From Protoeuglena noctilucae (Eukaryota), in assembly GCA_958009085.1 (NCBI GenBank), contig OY253668.1, positions 186,001 through 250,000 on the forward strand: a stretch of 64,000 nt of DNA, in the 5' to 3' direction. Shown here piece after piece: positions 1 through 12,452 of the stretch. Each line of letters begins with the position of its first letter. Within the stretch, counting starts at the first letter, position 1. The notes below the pieces were generated by a model. It did not search any database, was not told the DNA's origin, and saw only the letters and a list, made by a program, of their open reading frames with translations. A program made the position numbers and the translations under genes.

Positions 1-2936
1 GCCTCTTGGCACGTACCCTGGGGCGCCGCCTGCAGCCGCTCTCCAAACAGCTCGTGGCCTGGATCGCGCCTCTGACGACGCACCGACGGCACCGCGTCCG
101 CGTGGCGGCTGTCCGTGCGCTGCAGGAGGTGGTGATGGTGGGTGCCCATGAGATGATCCTCGAGCTCATTGCGTGGAAGGACCCCAACGTGGTGCCCATC
201 AAGGCGTTCTATGAGGTGACCAGGCGGGCGCAGATGTTGCACGTTACAGGTCATGCGCCACGCCCTGGACTGGCACGTGGCAACGTGCAACGTGCCCTGC
301 GTGGCGCAAGCGGGGTGGGCGGCTGCCCCTCGACGCGCTACACGCACCAAGTGCTCGTTTTGGCACGCGCAGGGCGAGACCAAGGTCAACTTCTTCGGCA
401 AGCTGGCGACGGATGCGAGCCAGCCGGTGCGTGAGGCATTCCTGGATGCTGTGGGGTCGTGGGTCACGTCCCTTGCGGAGAGGAAGGACCACGAGGAGAG
501 GCTCTTACCCTACTTACTGTCGGGGCTCAACGACGATGCGCCGGGCGTGGCCGAGCGTGCGGCGCGGTGGCTCGACCAGCTGGGGGAGCTCTATGAGAGA
601 GACAAGGCAGAGGAACTCAAGGACAAGGCGAGTATCAATGTTTGTGTCAACATTCATGTCTCTGTGGTCACTTGGGATGCGCCAAAGCCCCTGGGATTCA
701 CCGCCAGGTGTTGCGTGTGGCGGGGTCGGTCGCTGACTCCGCCCGTTCCCCCACCCCGCCCGCAGCTCACCTACCTGGATGCGGAGGCGCACGGCCACGG
801 GTGGATGCCCGCACACATGGTAGCGCGGCTTGAGACCCGTCCCTACCCCTGGCCCCTGCGCGGGCGGCCCCGGCTCGGCTGTCGGATGCTGGTCCAAGAG
901 GCGTTCAATCGCATGTACTTCCCCATATGCCAGGAGCTGGTCAGCTGGCAGGACGTGCCCAGGCTCAAGGCTGCCGCCCTCCTCCGCACCTTCTGCCTGT
1001 TCCTCGAAGACTACGCCGCACGCATGCTGCACAAGGCGAGATCAGGCGCATGCATGGGGAGGACTGCGCTGCTGTGGGTCGAGAGCGTCTGCTTGAGAGG
1101 TGTTGCGGCGAGTTAGGAGGACAAAGGATGGCATGGGCTGTGCTTAACACAGCAGCAACCCCAGTGTCTCTCATACCAACCCCAGGTGGTCCCCGCCGTC
1201 ACTGCTGCTGTCGCCAGCCTCCGCCCTCCGTCAGGGTCCTGGGGCGGCGCGGGCCTCAGTACCGACGGCGCGCGATGCATGGGCTTCTTGGAAGAGGCGT
1301 GCCACTTGATTGGCGAGACCACCGAGCCACAGGCAAGGACAGACACTGAAGAGATTGGAAATGCCGGCAGGACCCTGCCTGAAGCATGCCACTCGTGCAC
1401 TCATCCTGCAGTCGATGCTACGTGCATAGTTTCATCCTCTGCGTCGCAGATGTACCTCAAGCTGCTCCTGCACCGCGTCGGCCCTGCAAATGAGGACACG
1501 CGCCTCCGTGCGGCGTCATTGCAAGTGCTGTCGTGGCTGCTAGGGGGCGCGAGGGTTCGGGGGGACGTGCGGCCGCACCTGGCCGCGATCGTGGGCGCCC
1601 TGTCGGACGACGCTTTGCTCCGGAGCCATGCGGCGCTGCCCAAGTGGGCGGCCGCCGAGTGCCTGGGCAGCGCGGTCGCGGCGTCCGTGGCGGTCGCGAC
1701 CGTGGACCCGCGGTGGGATAAGGACCCGGAAGAGGCGCGGAAGGTGAGACGGGGGCTTGGGAGGGCCGGGAGTGAGTTGCTGGCCGTTGTTGACGACTAG
1801 GGGCTCTGACCCACGAGTTGGCACGTGGCGTCTGGCGCTGACGGAGAGCAAATGAGCCGTCGCAGGAAAAGGAGCGTCGGCTCCGGCAGCGGGAAGAGGC
1901 GGCGCGGGACTGGGAAGAGCGGCGACGGTCGGTGGGCGACGCGGCTGCTGCCGACCCAAACCCATACGAGCTCGGCCCGGACGACCACTGGATCGACCTG
2001 GACCTCTATTCGGCCCACGAGGCGGGTGTGTCGGGCGGAGAGGTCCCGCGGGCGCTTGCAGCGCAGGTGCTGCGCGCCGCGGCACTCCTGGTGGCGCCCG
2101 CGGGGGCTGCGATGCCACCCGACCTGACTGCGTCACTCGGCACGTGTGGGGAGCTGATCGTGAGGAACCTGGCGGAAGCGGGGGATCTGGGGTCGCCCCG
2201 GGCGCTGCTAGCGGACGCGGGGGAGGAGATCTTCGCCTCCATGTGGGGCCAGGGTGGTCCGGGCGTGGGGTATGACCTCCTGCACTCATGCCACGCCCTT
2301 GGGACGCTGCTGGAGTGGCTGGGGTCATCAGAAAGCAGCGAGGGGGACGGAGAAGGGGCCGCGGACGATCTGGGTGGCGACGTGAGGCGCAAGGATGCGG
2401 GGGATGCGACGTATGCAGCCGGGGTGGCAGCGCTGGGGGCAGCGACCGTATGTGCAGAGGCGATTGGGGCGCGGGTTGCTGGGGTCCCGGGACTGGCGGA
2501 GGCCTGCGTGTCGCTCACGGGCGCGTTCAGGATCGCGTCGACAACCGTGGCGGAGGCAGGCGCGGCAGGGTCGGGCGGCCGCGACGTGGCCGAGCTGGTC
2601 GCGGCGTTGTGCCGTTCCTCGGCCGCAGCCCTTTCTCTGCGCGACGCGGTCCCCGCGCAGCACGTCGGGGACGTGGTTGCGGCGGCGGGGCGGTGCGCGG
2701 CGGCGGCGGCGCGGCTGGCTGGCCCGGACGGCAGCGCGGCGGTGCGGGAGACGTGCTGTGCTATCATTGGGGTGGCCCGAGGTCTTGCAGGGACTAAGAC
2801 GTTTTCTGTGCCAAATAACGATGCGGTTGTGGGGGTCCTGGACGCCTTGTCCGCTGCCCTGGGAGCGGACGCCGAGGACGTGCTATGCGCAGACATTGCA
2901 GCAGCTCGATCTGCTTCGGCTAACGCTGCGCTCTGA
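1..2936 (+). CDS. DNAAF5: Dynein axonemal assembly factor 5 / HEATR2-like HEAT-repeat protein (5' truncated, spliced)
   Basis: Spliced exons read HRRHRVRVAAV...VPIKAFYE|GETKVNFFGKLATD...RLLPYLLSGLND...RPRLGCRMLV, which are HEATR2-type segments. Introns start at 216 (GT), 628 (GC), 1036 (GC), 1333 (GC) and 1744 (GT). Ala-rich C-terminal exon ends in TGA at 2934-2936. Confidence 0.8.
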
Positions 2937-3119
2937 GTGGCGTAGGCGTGTGGATGGTTGCAGATGTACTTTGTGTCTTGAACTCACTTTGTGGGTCTGA
3001 CTGGGTCTGTGTCAGGGCCTCTGGCCGAGGCGCGATGCGGTGACGCGATGCGTCGAGCGCAGCAAGTGATTCTGCGAACGCGGTGCAGGGACGCGCACCC
3101 TCGCCAGGCGCGTGTGAGG

Positions 3120-6100
3120 ATGATTTCGGCCAGGTGACGAGGAATCCGGCTCAAAAGGTGGCGTAGTGTTGGTTGGGCTTGCACGGGAAGCGAAAACGAC
3201 GCTCTCGGTGACATCGCGGTGTTTTGTCCTGGCTTCCGCGCGCCGGGTGGGCGGGGACTCGAGCCGAATCTGACCAAGGGTCGGGACCGCCCTCGCGGGC
3301 GCAAGCCGGCGATTCCGATCCTATCTTGTGATAGCCAAGACCAGGGAGCTTGGGACTGCGTGCTGGATCGGACGAACTGCTGGACGCCCCGCTCAAGCTC
3401 GCACAGCAACCCAGCAGATGTATACGCCCTCCCGCCCGCAGGCCGGGCCTGCTGGCGCCGCTGCCGGCGCGGCATCGCGTGGCGGGGACTCGCACGGTAT
3501 CGGTTTCCGCGGTGTCCGATGAGTTCACGCGTCTCCTGTCCCAAGCGCGCGGGGGCGCGGATGCGGGGGCTGCGGAGGTGGCCTCGCAGGCCAGTGCGGT
3601 CGGCAAGAGCGTGGCCACATCGCTCGCTGCCACGGCCGAGCCGGTCGAACAGATGCTCGCCAGCGCGGGCGTGCCGCTGCCGTACGCGGCCGGGGCCGCC
3701 GCAGTGGTGCTGCTCCTCGCCGCGCTGGGCCTCGGTGCGTCCGGGCAGCAAAGCGGGTCGAGCACGCCCCAGCCAGCCACGCCGGCTGCCAAGAAGGCAC
3801 CCGAGTACGTGCCCCAAAATGCCGTGATGGTTGTCGGGGCGTCAGGCCGCGTTGGGCGCGAGGTCGTCCAGGCGCTTCTGCAGTCGGGGCGCAATGTCGT
3901 GGCCGCCGGCCTCCGCAAGGGTGAGGGTGCTGTGGCACACGCAAAGCACGCCGGGCTTTGCCTCACCAGGTCATGGCCTGAGTTTGCACGTCGTGGCCTT
4001 GGGTACGCAGACAAGCTGGCGGAGGTGCTGGGGAAGGAGATGGGTGCCAAGGCGGGGCCGGAGGCTCTCGGCAAGGGCACGGGGGGGCTCGCGATGCGGG
4101 AGGTCGACGTGACTAAACCCGACACTCTCTCCGCGGCTGTGTTCCGGGGAGTCACGCAGGTGAGGCAGAAAGCGTCTGCAAGTCGCGGGCAAGCGGCATG
4201 TGATGCAGCCACTGACTGTGTGGGGGCACACCCAGCATGGCGCCAGCGGGGCAGCAACAGTTCTTTGTAAGGTCAACGCTGGTGTGCGTCGCAGGTGGTG
4301 GTGACGACGGGCTCCATCTTCGGTCGAAGGGAGGACGGCACGATGGCGTACTTACAGGACATGAGCCCAGAGCGCGTGGATGCGGTGGGGAACAAGAACC
4401 TGGCTGCGGTGAGTCACAGAGATGGGGCGTGGCTGCGGTGAGTGACAGATGGGACGTGGCTGCGGTGAGTGACAGATGGGGCGTGGCTGCGGTGGTTGAC
4501 AGAGATGGCGCAGTGTGTGTGAAGGGCTCAGTGCGGTCCTCGGCACCCTGCTTGTCTGTAAGTAGCTCGAGCCATGCAGGGGCAGCACTGATGGCCACCA
4601 GGCCCTCGTCGGCTGCCTCGCTCGCACCCAGCGCGGTCATGCCCTACGCTGTCCTCTCTCATCATCGCAGGCCATTGCCCAGTTCGTTCCCAAGGCGAAG
4701 CAGGACACGAAGGAAGTCGTGGACGCGGCAGCCAACTGGGAGCGACTGGATGATGTCATTATGGGTGGCAAGTCATCCTCTCAGGCGGTGGCCGCTGACG
4801 GCGTCCTCACATGGACCGGTGAGGTTCGAACCCATGCGCCTCATTGATGGGAAATGCAAACCCCTAACGCAGGTGTTACAGTCTGAACAAATCAGTGGCT
4901 GTGGCCATGACCAGTTAGAGTTGCTCATGCATAGCCAGCACAGCTCCGCCGTCCACAACCCACAAACCCCCCACAAACCCACCCGCAACCCACCACCCGA
5001 CCCGCGCAGGGGAGCTCATCGTCGAGGGCGGTGGCTTCTGCGGCTGCCGCGCGAGCGTGGGCCCCACCCCGGTGGACCTGTCCGCCTATGACGGTCTGTC
5101 GTTCCGAGTGCGTGGGTCACCGCAGCGCTTCAAGATCAACATCAAGACGGTCAACGTGCAGGACCAGCCGGAGCGGGTGTACCAGGCGGTCTTTGACGTG
5201 GCCGAGGGGCAGTGGACCGAAGTGCGCCTGCCGTGGCGCGCGTTTGTTCCGGTCCGCAAGAACCGCACCGACCCGGACCTGCCCGCGCTCGACCCCTCCG
5301 CCGTCGTCTCCGTGGGCCTCGTCTACTCGCGGTTCGCCTTCAACTCGTTCCCCAGCGACAGGCGAGAGCACGGGGGCGTGTCCATGAGTGGTCGATGGTT
5401 GATGTGCTGGCTGACGACGGTGGGGTCACCATTGCTTGTGTCCACTGACTTATGGGCCTGGCTGTGACTGCCTGAGACTGACTGACAGGGGCTGCTGAAG
5501 GCCATGGTCATGACTGGCTTCTGCATGTCTGGCGCTGGATGACCGGCACAGGAGCCCGTGTCACGTCGCAGGTACCAGCCCGGGCCCTTCCAGCTGGAGT
5601 TGGAGGGCGGCGTGCAGGCGTACCGCCAGCCGCGCCCCCAGGTGGTCATGCTGTCTTCCGCGGGGGTCGAGCGCAACGTGCGCCATGGGGCCAACGAGAT
5701 GCTGCGGGCGATGGATGTGCCGATTGTGCAGCTGAACCCTGGCGGCGTCCTCAACCACAAGTACGTGGGAGAGAATGCCTACCGGTAAGGGAACAAAGAT
5801 GGAGCATGCCCTGTTGGTGGGGGTGTAGGAGGAAGGACAATTGGTGGTGAGAGGAGGGGCAAGTGAAGAGGCGTAGCGTCAGTTGCCGCACGTGGCTGTC
5901 GCCAGTGACACGCCCACGTGCTCTCACACATGCAAAATCTCTGCGACCCTCACTCTCTGCGACCCTCACGCCCCGCAGCCTCTCTGGCCTGGACTACGCG
6001 GTGGTTCGCTCGACAGCCCAGATCACGGGTGACCCAGAGGACCAGGACACGGGTCTGTTCGTCGAGTTCGGCCAGGGTGACGCCATGACGGGTGGCATCA

Positions 6101-7146
6101 CACGTCCCGACCTGGCCCAGGCGAGTCCGGCTGCCAAGATCATTGCAACTCCGCACCTGAGCACTTGCAAAGCACCTCTGGCTGTTCGTCGCCAAAGCAA
6201 GGATGACGCTCGCATATCGTTACAGTCACTGCTGTGACTGTCCACGGTGGGTCGCCCATTGTGTTGGTCGGTCGTTCGTCAATGTCGAAGCCTGGCGTGT
6301 CTACCCCTGCAGGTCCTGCTGGCGGCCCTCTCGGCCCCCGAGGCGGTGGGCAAGACGGTGGAGGTGCGCAAGGCGTCCGGGCCCAAGGACCTCCGCATGC
6401 TGGTGGGGCCCACGAGCGTGGCCCAGGAGCTGTCGAGGGCGGTGCGGGACGCGGACCGGACGACCGTGGGCCTCCCGCCGCTGCCCATGGAGGCCGAGGT
6501 GCCGCCGCCGCTGCGCCCGGAGCGCGCGCAGGAGATCCTGGCGCAGGCGCGGGTGCAAAATTCCATCCTGGCCGGCCGCGGCGCGCGGGTGCGGGACGAG
6601 GCGTCGGGGCGCGATTTGACGGGCGCCGAGAGGGCCGAGGCCTCGCGCATCCGCGTGGTCGGGCAGCCGCTGTCCGCGGAGGAAATGGCGGGCGTCATGC
6701 GGGCCGCCACGGCCCCTGCCGGCGTGAAGGTGACGTGTGCAACGGGGCGGCGAGCAGTGAAGTAGAGGCCTGGCCAGGTGCGCTCACGTCGGCCTGCTGA
6801 TGCGTGCTTGCAGGGACCTGCGGGAGCGGCCCTGTCCGAGTACGGGGTGCCGATGCCGACGAACCGTGCAGATCCGATTGTTTCGAACAAGACGCCCGCC
6901 CAGAACCAGGCCGAGGCGCAGAAGTGGGTCGCGCGATGGAAGGCGACGCGTGCCCCGGCCGCGAGTGCACCCGCTCCCGCCGCTGCGCGTGGCTTGTCCG
7001 AGTACGGGGTGCCGCTGCCGACCAATCGCGTGGAGCCCATCGTCTCGAGCAACACGCCCGAGCAGAACAGGGCGGAGGCGAAGAAGTGGATCGCCAAGTA
7101 CAAGCAGCGCGCGATGGCTGGCGATCTCGTCGGAGCCAAGCGGTAG
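3120..7146 (+). CDS. Plastid-type NAD(P)-binding Rossmann protein with inserted CIA30 domain (HCF173/CIA30-like family) plus a duplicated C-terminal module
   Basis: VMVVGASGRVGREVV (Rossmann glycine motif), DDVIMGGKS, GGGFCG, DLSAYDGLSFRVRG, PFQLEL, VVMLSSAGVER, KYVGENAYR, SGLDYAVVR. About 9 introns. Start codon uncertain: ATG at 3120 spliced 3134-3441 gives MISARPGLLAPLPARHRVAG, which looks like a transit peptide. Confidence 0.8.
4401..4505 (+). repeat. 27-29 bp tandem repeat (about 3.5 copies) spanning an exon/intron junction
   Basis: Unit (t)ggctgcggtgagtgacagatggggcg recurs, with the GT at 4409, 4438, 4465 and 4492. Confidence 0.85.
6832..7107 (+). repeat. Two-copy ~38-aa protein repeat in the last exon
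   Basis: LSEYGVPMPTNRADPIVSNKTPAQNQAEAQKWVARWKA and LSEYGVPLPTNRVEPIVSSNTPEQNRAEAKKWIAKYKQ, separated by an Ala/Pro linker. Confidence 0.9.
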
Positions 7147-7334
7147 TGAACCGCGACCGCCGGTTGAATCTCTTACACTTTCTTGTTTCATGCGTGGGAC
7201 ATGCCTCAGCTCTGCGCCACCGACCGCTTGACCAGCAGATTTGAGCCACAAATTCACCATTCTTCCCGCTCGCATCGCGCCGTTGACAAAGCCTGCGTGC
7301 CTCGTGTTGCCTCCTCGCGACTTCCTTTCACGCC

Positions 7335-8507
7335 ATGGCGGAGGCCCCTCTGTCGTTGTTGGACCTGCTAGTGCAGCAGAAGGGCGAGACGGGCATGCCG
7401 GGAATACGTCTCGCGTTTAGTTCTCAGCTAATCGAACCTGTGGAGGCGAAAGCGAAGCCCTACTTCTACGCGGCCATTAAAGGCACGTCACAGCGCGTCT
7501 GGGCGTCGGAGGGCCGCCTAGGGGCCGTGGAGGCGCAATCGACGTCAAATACTTGCTTTTTCCGCAGGAAACGTCGCTTTGGGGCTTGCGCTGCACTTGT
7601 CGGGGGTGCCTTGCGACCCCCGCGTCCCGTTGGCACGGTTCTCCTCGTTCGGGCCAAACGGGGACGCGCCTTGGCACAAGGAGGTGGAGATCACCGCTGC
7701 GGAGGCCGCGAAGCTCGCCGGGCACTCGCGCGCGGCCGAGGTCCTCCAGCTCATCGAGGCAGGCGTTCCGCTGTTCTGGTCGCGCCCTCTCCACGCCCGC
7801 ACGCCGGACGACTTCCGCGCATCGATCCGGGACACTATCTGCGCTCTGGCTCGCACGCCGTGGTTCCTGGGCCTCCCCGGCAGCGCGCGTGTGCGCGTGG
7901 TGGAAACCCTGTGTGAGAGCACGCTCCGGGAACGCGTGTGGCATATGGTCACCCCCGACGAGTGGGCCGCGCTTGAGGATTGCCGGCTCCGGAAGCTCGC
8001 GGAGGCCGAGCGCCCGGACATCGCCTCCATCGTGGCTCACGTGGAGAGTCCGCCGCGGGCTGCTTCGGGAGACGAGGCGGGGCGCAGCGGGGCGCACGAG
8101 ATCCCCTCCTACAACTTCCGCATCGTGCATCGCGTGCGCCAGCACTGGCCTGCGATTGGCAAGAGACTCGGCAAGCTCGCCCTCCGCCTCCTGGTGCGTG
8201 CCGCATGCCACAATCCCACCCCTGCTTGGTGCCTGTTGATGCAGACCGACACGGTGACTGTTGATGCCAGCCCGCCCCCCTCGACTCGCAGGGCGGCCTG
8301 GCCGTGTACCTGGTGGCTTCCCGGGTGCCCTTACGGTCGCGACGGTCGCCCGCGGCCATCGACGCGAGTTGGAAGTACGCAGCTGGCGCCGTGGGAATGA
8401 TCAACCCTTTCGTGGGCATGACGGCGTCGGCCATCGCAGCATTCAACCCTGAGCTGGCACGCGGCGTGCTGGTCTCCGGGTTCGGCCTCGCCAACATCCT
8501 CAGCTGA
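7335..8507 (+). CDS. Hypothetical protein, possible degenerate ankyrin-like N-terminus and hydrophobic C-terminal segments
   Basis: ATG 7335; GC-AG intron 7384-7567 joins MAEAPLSLLDLLVQQK-G-NVALGLALHL in frame; TAAEAAKLAGHSRAAEVL resembles an ankyrin helix pair; last exon is hydrophobic and ends TGA 8507. Confidence 0.6.
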
Positions 8508-8807
8508 GCAGTCTGACCTAAGCCTGCAAAGACCCCCCGAGGACCCCGTCGCGCATTCTGTTCCAGTCCCAGCGCAGGCAGCACGGTAGCCACAGCGCCA
8601 CAGTACCCCCAGTAGCTCGAGGCAGGGATGGGATGACCCCCAAGCACCCCGCTGCCCGGCGCGTAGCCCATCGCATCGCTCAGCGCGCTCTTCAATTCGC
8701 GAGCCGCCGCTCCCTGCACCGGTGCGCCTACTGACAATACTATTGTCAGTCAACAAACAGCGTCTCCCATTTCCAGCCTGCTATGTCTACCACTGTCAGT
8801 CAGCAGT

Positions 8808-11091
8808 CTAGTGGTCGGGAAATGTCGGGTCCACTGTAGCGCGCCACGCCTCGAGACCCCCCGCCACATCCGTCACGTGTGCAAACCCCGCCTCCCGTAG
8901 CATGAGGACGGCCAGCTGGGAGTCGTTGCCGCGGCGGCACAGCGCCACCAAGGGCGTCTCCAGCAGCCCGGGGCTGGCGGCGGCCTGCAGAGGCCAGAGG
9001 GTGGCAAGGGTGTGGGTGGAGGTGTGCCGGTGGGTGCGGGTGTGTGTTTCTGTATACAAAGCCATACCGGTCACAAGACGCACATCAAGGACGACCGCAC
9101 CCGCAAGGCATACCTGCTCAGCAACAAACCCGCAACCCCGCACCTGCTTCGCCGCGTCGCGCGCCGCGGCCCACAGCCCCGACAGCGGCGCACTGACGGA
9201 CCCAGCCAGCCGAGCGATTGCGAACTGGCACGCGGGGCGTACGTCCAGCACCACGGGCCGCCCCGCACTGGCAGCGTGGCGCAGGGCGGTCCCCAGGGAT
9301 GCTGCACTGACGGTGGGCCCCGCCCCCTTGTCCACATCGCGCTCTGCGCTCTCCGCTGCAGTCGCGTCTGGCTCGTTCCCGCCACCTCCCGCCCCGCCCT
9401 GTGCCATCGCGTCCCGCAAGGCTTCTGGAGACACGCGCTCGCTCGCGGGCAACACGTGCACGTCCGGCGCCCGTCCCTCGGTCATGTCCTGGCCCGTGAA
9501 GGCCCTGCACCGACAGGAGGGGGCGCATTGATTACACCAGCAGTTGCAGCCACAGCGCGGAGCTTCGTCCACTTAGCCAGTTGCGTAAGTGAGCAAGTTG
9601 CGTGGCAGTCACACTGCCGCTCACCACCCCCACCAGCACTCCTCTCTCCTCACCGGTAATCGTACCCAGCCACGTCGCGGGCGGTAGGTGCAGAGCCGCA
9701 CGCCGCGCACGAGGGGTCCCGTCCCCGTAGCTTGACGGTCCGGAAGGTGCCTCTTGCCGCGTCCATCACCAGCAGACGCCCCGCCAACGGCTCGCCAACG
9801 CCCGTCAGCACCTTGACCACCTCCACTGCCTGGAGGACACCGATGACGCCCGGCACGGCCCCCATCACACCGGCATCCGAGCACCGGGCACAGTCGGCAG
9901 GGCGTGGGGGTACTGGGTGCAAGCAGCGGTAGCATGGGCCGCCGCGGAAGTGGTAAACGGAGAGCTGGCCGTCTGCAAAAGCGGCAGTGATCCCAGTGAA
10001 GAGAGAGGTCCCGTCACATGGGATGCACTCTGCTTCGTTGGTTGCCCAGAGCTACATGACACGTACACTTATCACGCACACATGTACGCTTACATGCCCA
10101 TCCTCACCCATGCCGATGGCAGCGCCAGACACGAGGGGCCGCCCGGCCGCCACGCATGCGTCGTTGGCCAGGTACCTCGTGGGCGCATTGTCCGAGGCAT
10201 CGATGACCACGTCGAACCGGGAAACGAGGTCCACCGCGTTGGCCGGGGTCAGGCCGTCTCGGTACACCTCCGCCGCGCATGACGAGTTGATGGCAAACAC
10301 GCACGAGGCTACTGCGGGACAGGAAGGAGGGCAGAGGACCCGCAATTCTTTGAGAGCCAAATGTGAGATAAAGCCCTCGAGCGGGAAGTGCAGGGCTGAC
10401 CGTCTGTCACCCCGTGAGCGCGTTCCCCGCTGCCCTCCGCACATCGCCGGACCCTGTGCCAGCCAGCGCGTCCTTGCGACCTCACCCGACTCGGCCTTGT
10501 GCCGTCCCACGTCCGCCTCTCGATGCGCGACTTGCCGGTGGAGATTGGACTCCTCGACGCTGTCCCTGTCCACTATGCCCAGCCTGCCCACGCCCATCGA
10601 CGCCAGGTAGATGGCAGCCGGGCACCCGAGGCCACCCGCACCGACGATCTGAGCAGCAGTGGCGAGAGATAAGGGTCATATTGAGTTGGCGTGTTTCTGG
10701 GCACGACCAGGCACGTGCCCAGGCATGCACGGGGGTCCCTCACCAGAGCGGAGGACCGCAAGAGCTGAGCCTGGCGGTCGGGCCCAAAGGCGTCGAGAAT
10801 GATTTGCCTGGAGTAGCGGTGTAACTCTGCCTGGGATAGGCCGTGGCCGCTCGAAGTCCAAGGGCAGGGCACAGAGCAGGGGACGCCAGCCACGGCAGGA
10901 GGCGCATCCGGGCCTGCCTCGCTGGCGTGGGGCCCGGCGCCATAAGCACCGTCTGCATCGGCAAGTGTTTTCCCCAGACGTCCACGCAGGTCCGTCAGTT
11001 CCTTCCTCAGAGCCTCGTTCTCGCGCGCAAGCCGACGGACTGTGGCGCTGAGGTCGCCATCGGATGCCTTGCGTAGCTCTGCGGCTCCCAT
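8808..11091 (-). CDS. MOCS3: Adenylyltransferase and sulfurtransferase MOCS3/UBA4/CNX5 (ThiF + rhodanese)
   Basis: [62 protein letters not shown], rhodanese VLDVRP and CRRGNDSQ, C-terminal VDPTFPDH. Confidence 0.95.
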
Positions 11092-11399
11092 TCCACCATT
11101 CGCTACCCACTCATCTCAGCGGTGACAACAGCGGACAATGGGAGGCCCCACGCGGTGACGGCGGGGCATACGAGCAGCATGAAACGTTTCGTTGGTGCCA
11201 GAGCCGCACCCAGCTCGCGAGAAGCGACGACGCACTCGCGGGGGACAGTGCACGATGCGTTTGTCGCGGTATTTCCAGATTAAAGGTGGAAAGAGCTGAT
11301 CACAGCACACACGCACACTGCGCGTGGGTCCCTCTCTCACTTCGATAAGGGTGGGCCTGCGGGCCTCAATCTCTGTAGGCGCTACGGGGGTGGGGCGAC

Positions 11400-12452
11400 A
11401 TGGCATCACGCGCCCACCTCCCCACCTACGCCCCCGCGCGGGGCGGGGAGGAGCAGGGGGGGAACCGGTGCGTTGCCTGCGATCCTCGCCTCCCGCGGCT
11501 TCCGGCGCTGCGTGACCCTTGACGCGCGCAGAACCGTGTAAGGATCCCCTGGGAGCTCGCAGGATGTACAAGCCGTCGGTCACGATGAGCGCCAAGGACA
11601 TGCCTTCGCACACCAAGCTCAAGTACCGCACGGGGCACCAGGTTGTGGACAAGGACGCGAGGGGGATGCAGGAGAAGCTACAGGAGAAGGAGACACTGCA
11701 TCTCAAGGCGAGGACCCCGGCGCGCGCACGTGGCGCGTGACTGCCGCTGGGCCCGACCCTCTGCGGCCGCTGCGAAGGGCGACCGACCACGCGACGAGCG
11801 CTCGCAGGAGAAGAACAAGTTCAATTTTGAGGAGGAGAAGGCCCGCGACCTGGAGCTGCTGCAGGCGGCGGCGGCCCCCAGCGAAGCACCGCGGCTGATT
11901 CCCAAAGCGGCGGACGCGGACGACGCGGACGATGCGTCCTCCTCTGAGAGCGACAGTGACGACGATGATGATGAGGACGAGGAGGCCGCGCTGCTCGCGG
12001 AGCTGGCGAAGATCAAGGCGAGGCGGGGCGCGATTGCTGTGAGATGGTTTCTGTGGAGCTTGGCTCTCGCAACAGCCGCGCCGTCGCCTTGCGCAGAAAG
12101 AGCGCGAGGAAGAGCGGCTGCGGGCAGAGGCGGAGGAGCGGGAGAGGGAAGAGCAGGCGAAGCGGGAGCAGGCCATGACGGGGAACCCGCTGCTGGGCCT
12201 GGGTGGTGGCGGCGGTGGCGGTTTGTCACTGAAGCGCAAGTGGTACGAGGACACGGTCTTCCGCAACCAGGCGCGCGGGGAGCCGAAGCCCCAGCGGCGC
12301 TTCATCAACGACACTGGTGACGGACGCTGCTTGTGCACGTCTGGTGTCTCACCTCCGCTTTGTGCCTCATGGGTTTGTGAAAGATACATGGGTCCCTCTG
12401 CGCAGTTCGCTCCGACTTCCACAAGAAGTTCTTGGAAAGGTACATCAAATGA
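11400..12452 (+). CDS. CWC15: Spliceosome-associated protein CWC15
   Basis: MASRAHLPTYAPARGGEEQGGN|RMYKPS...DMPSHTKLKYR; acidic tract; LLAELAKIK; GNPLL; LKRKWYEDTVFRNQARGE; RFINDT|VRSDFHKKFLERYIK*. Two GC donors (11708, 12018). Confidence 0.95.

Noticed and set aside
3328..3441. Second non-AUG start (GTG 3328 or TTG 3350) for the CIA30 gene
   Set aside because: An ordinary ATG at 3120 with a phase-compatible GT-AG intron gives a plausible transit peptide, so non-AUG initiation is not required.
4401..4505. CRISPR-like short repeats
   Set aside because: Repeats are directly adjacent with no unique spacers, there are no cas genes, and the context is a eukaryotic intron.
6197..6207. GCAAGGATGAC matching U6 snRNA
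   Set aside because: Only 11 nt inside an intron; no ACAGAGA box upstream.
7949..8737. 262-aa minus-strand ORF downstream of MOCS3
   Set aside because: No ATG at the annotated start, no recognisable motifs, and it overlaps a better-supported plus-strand gene.
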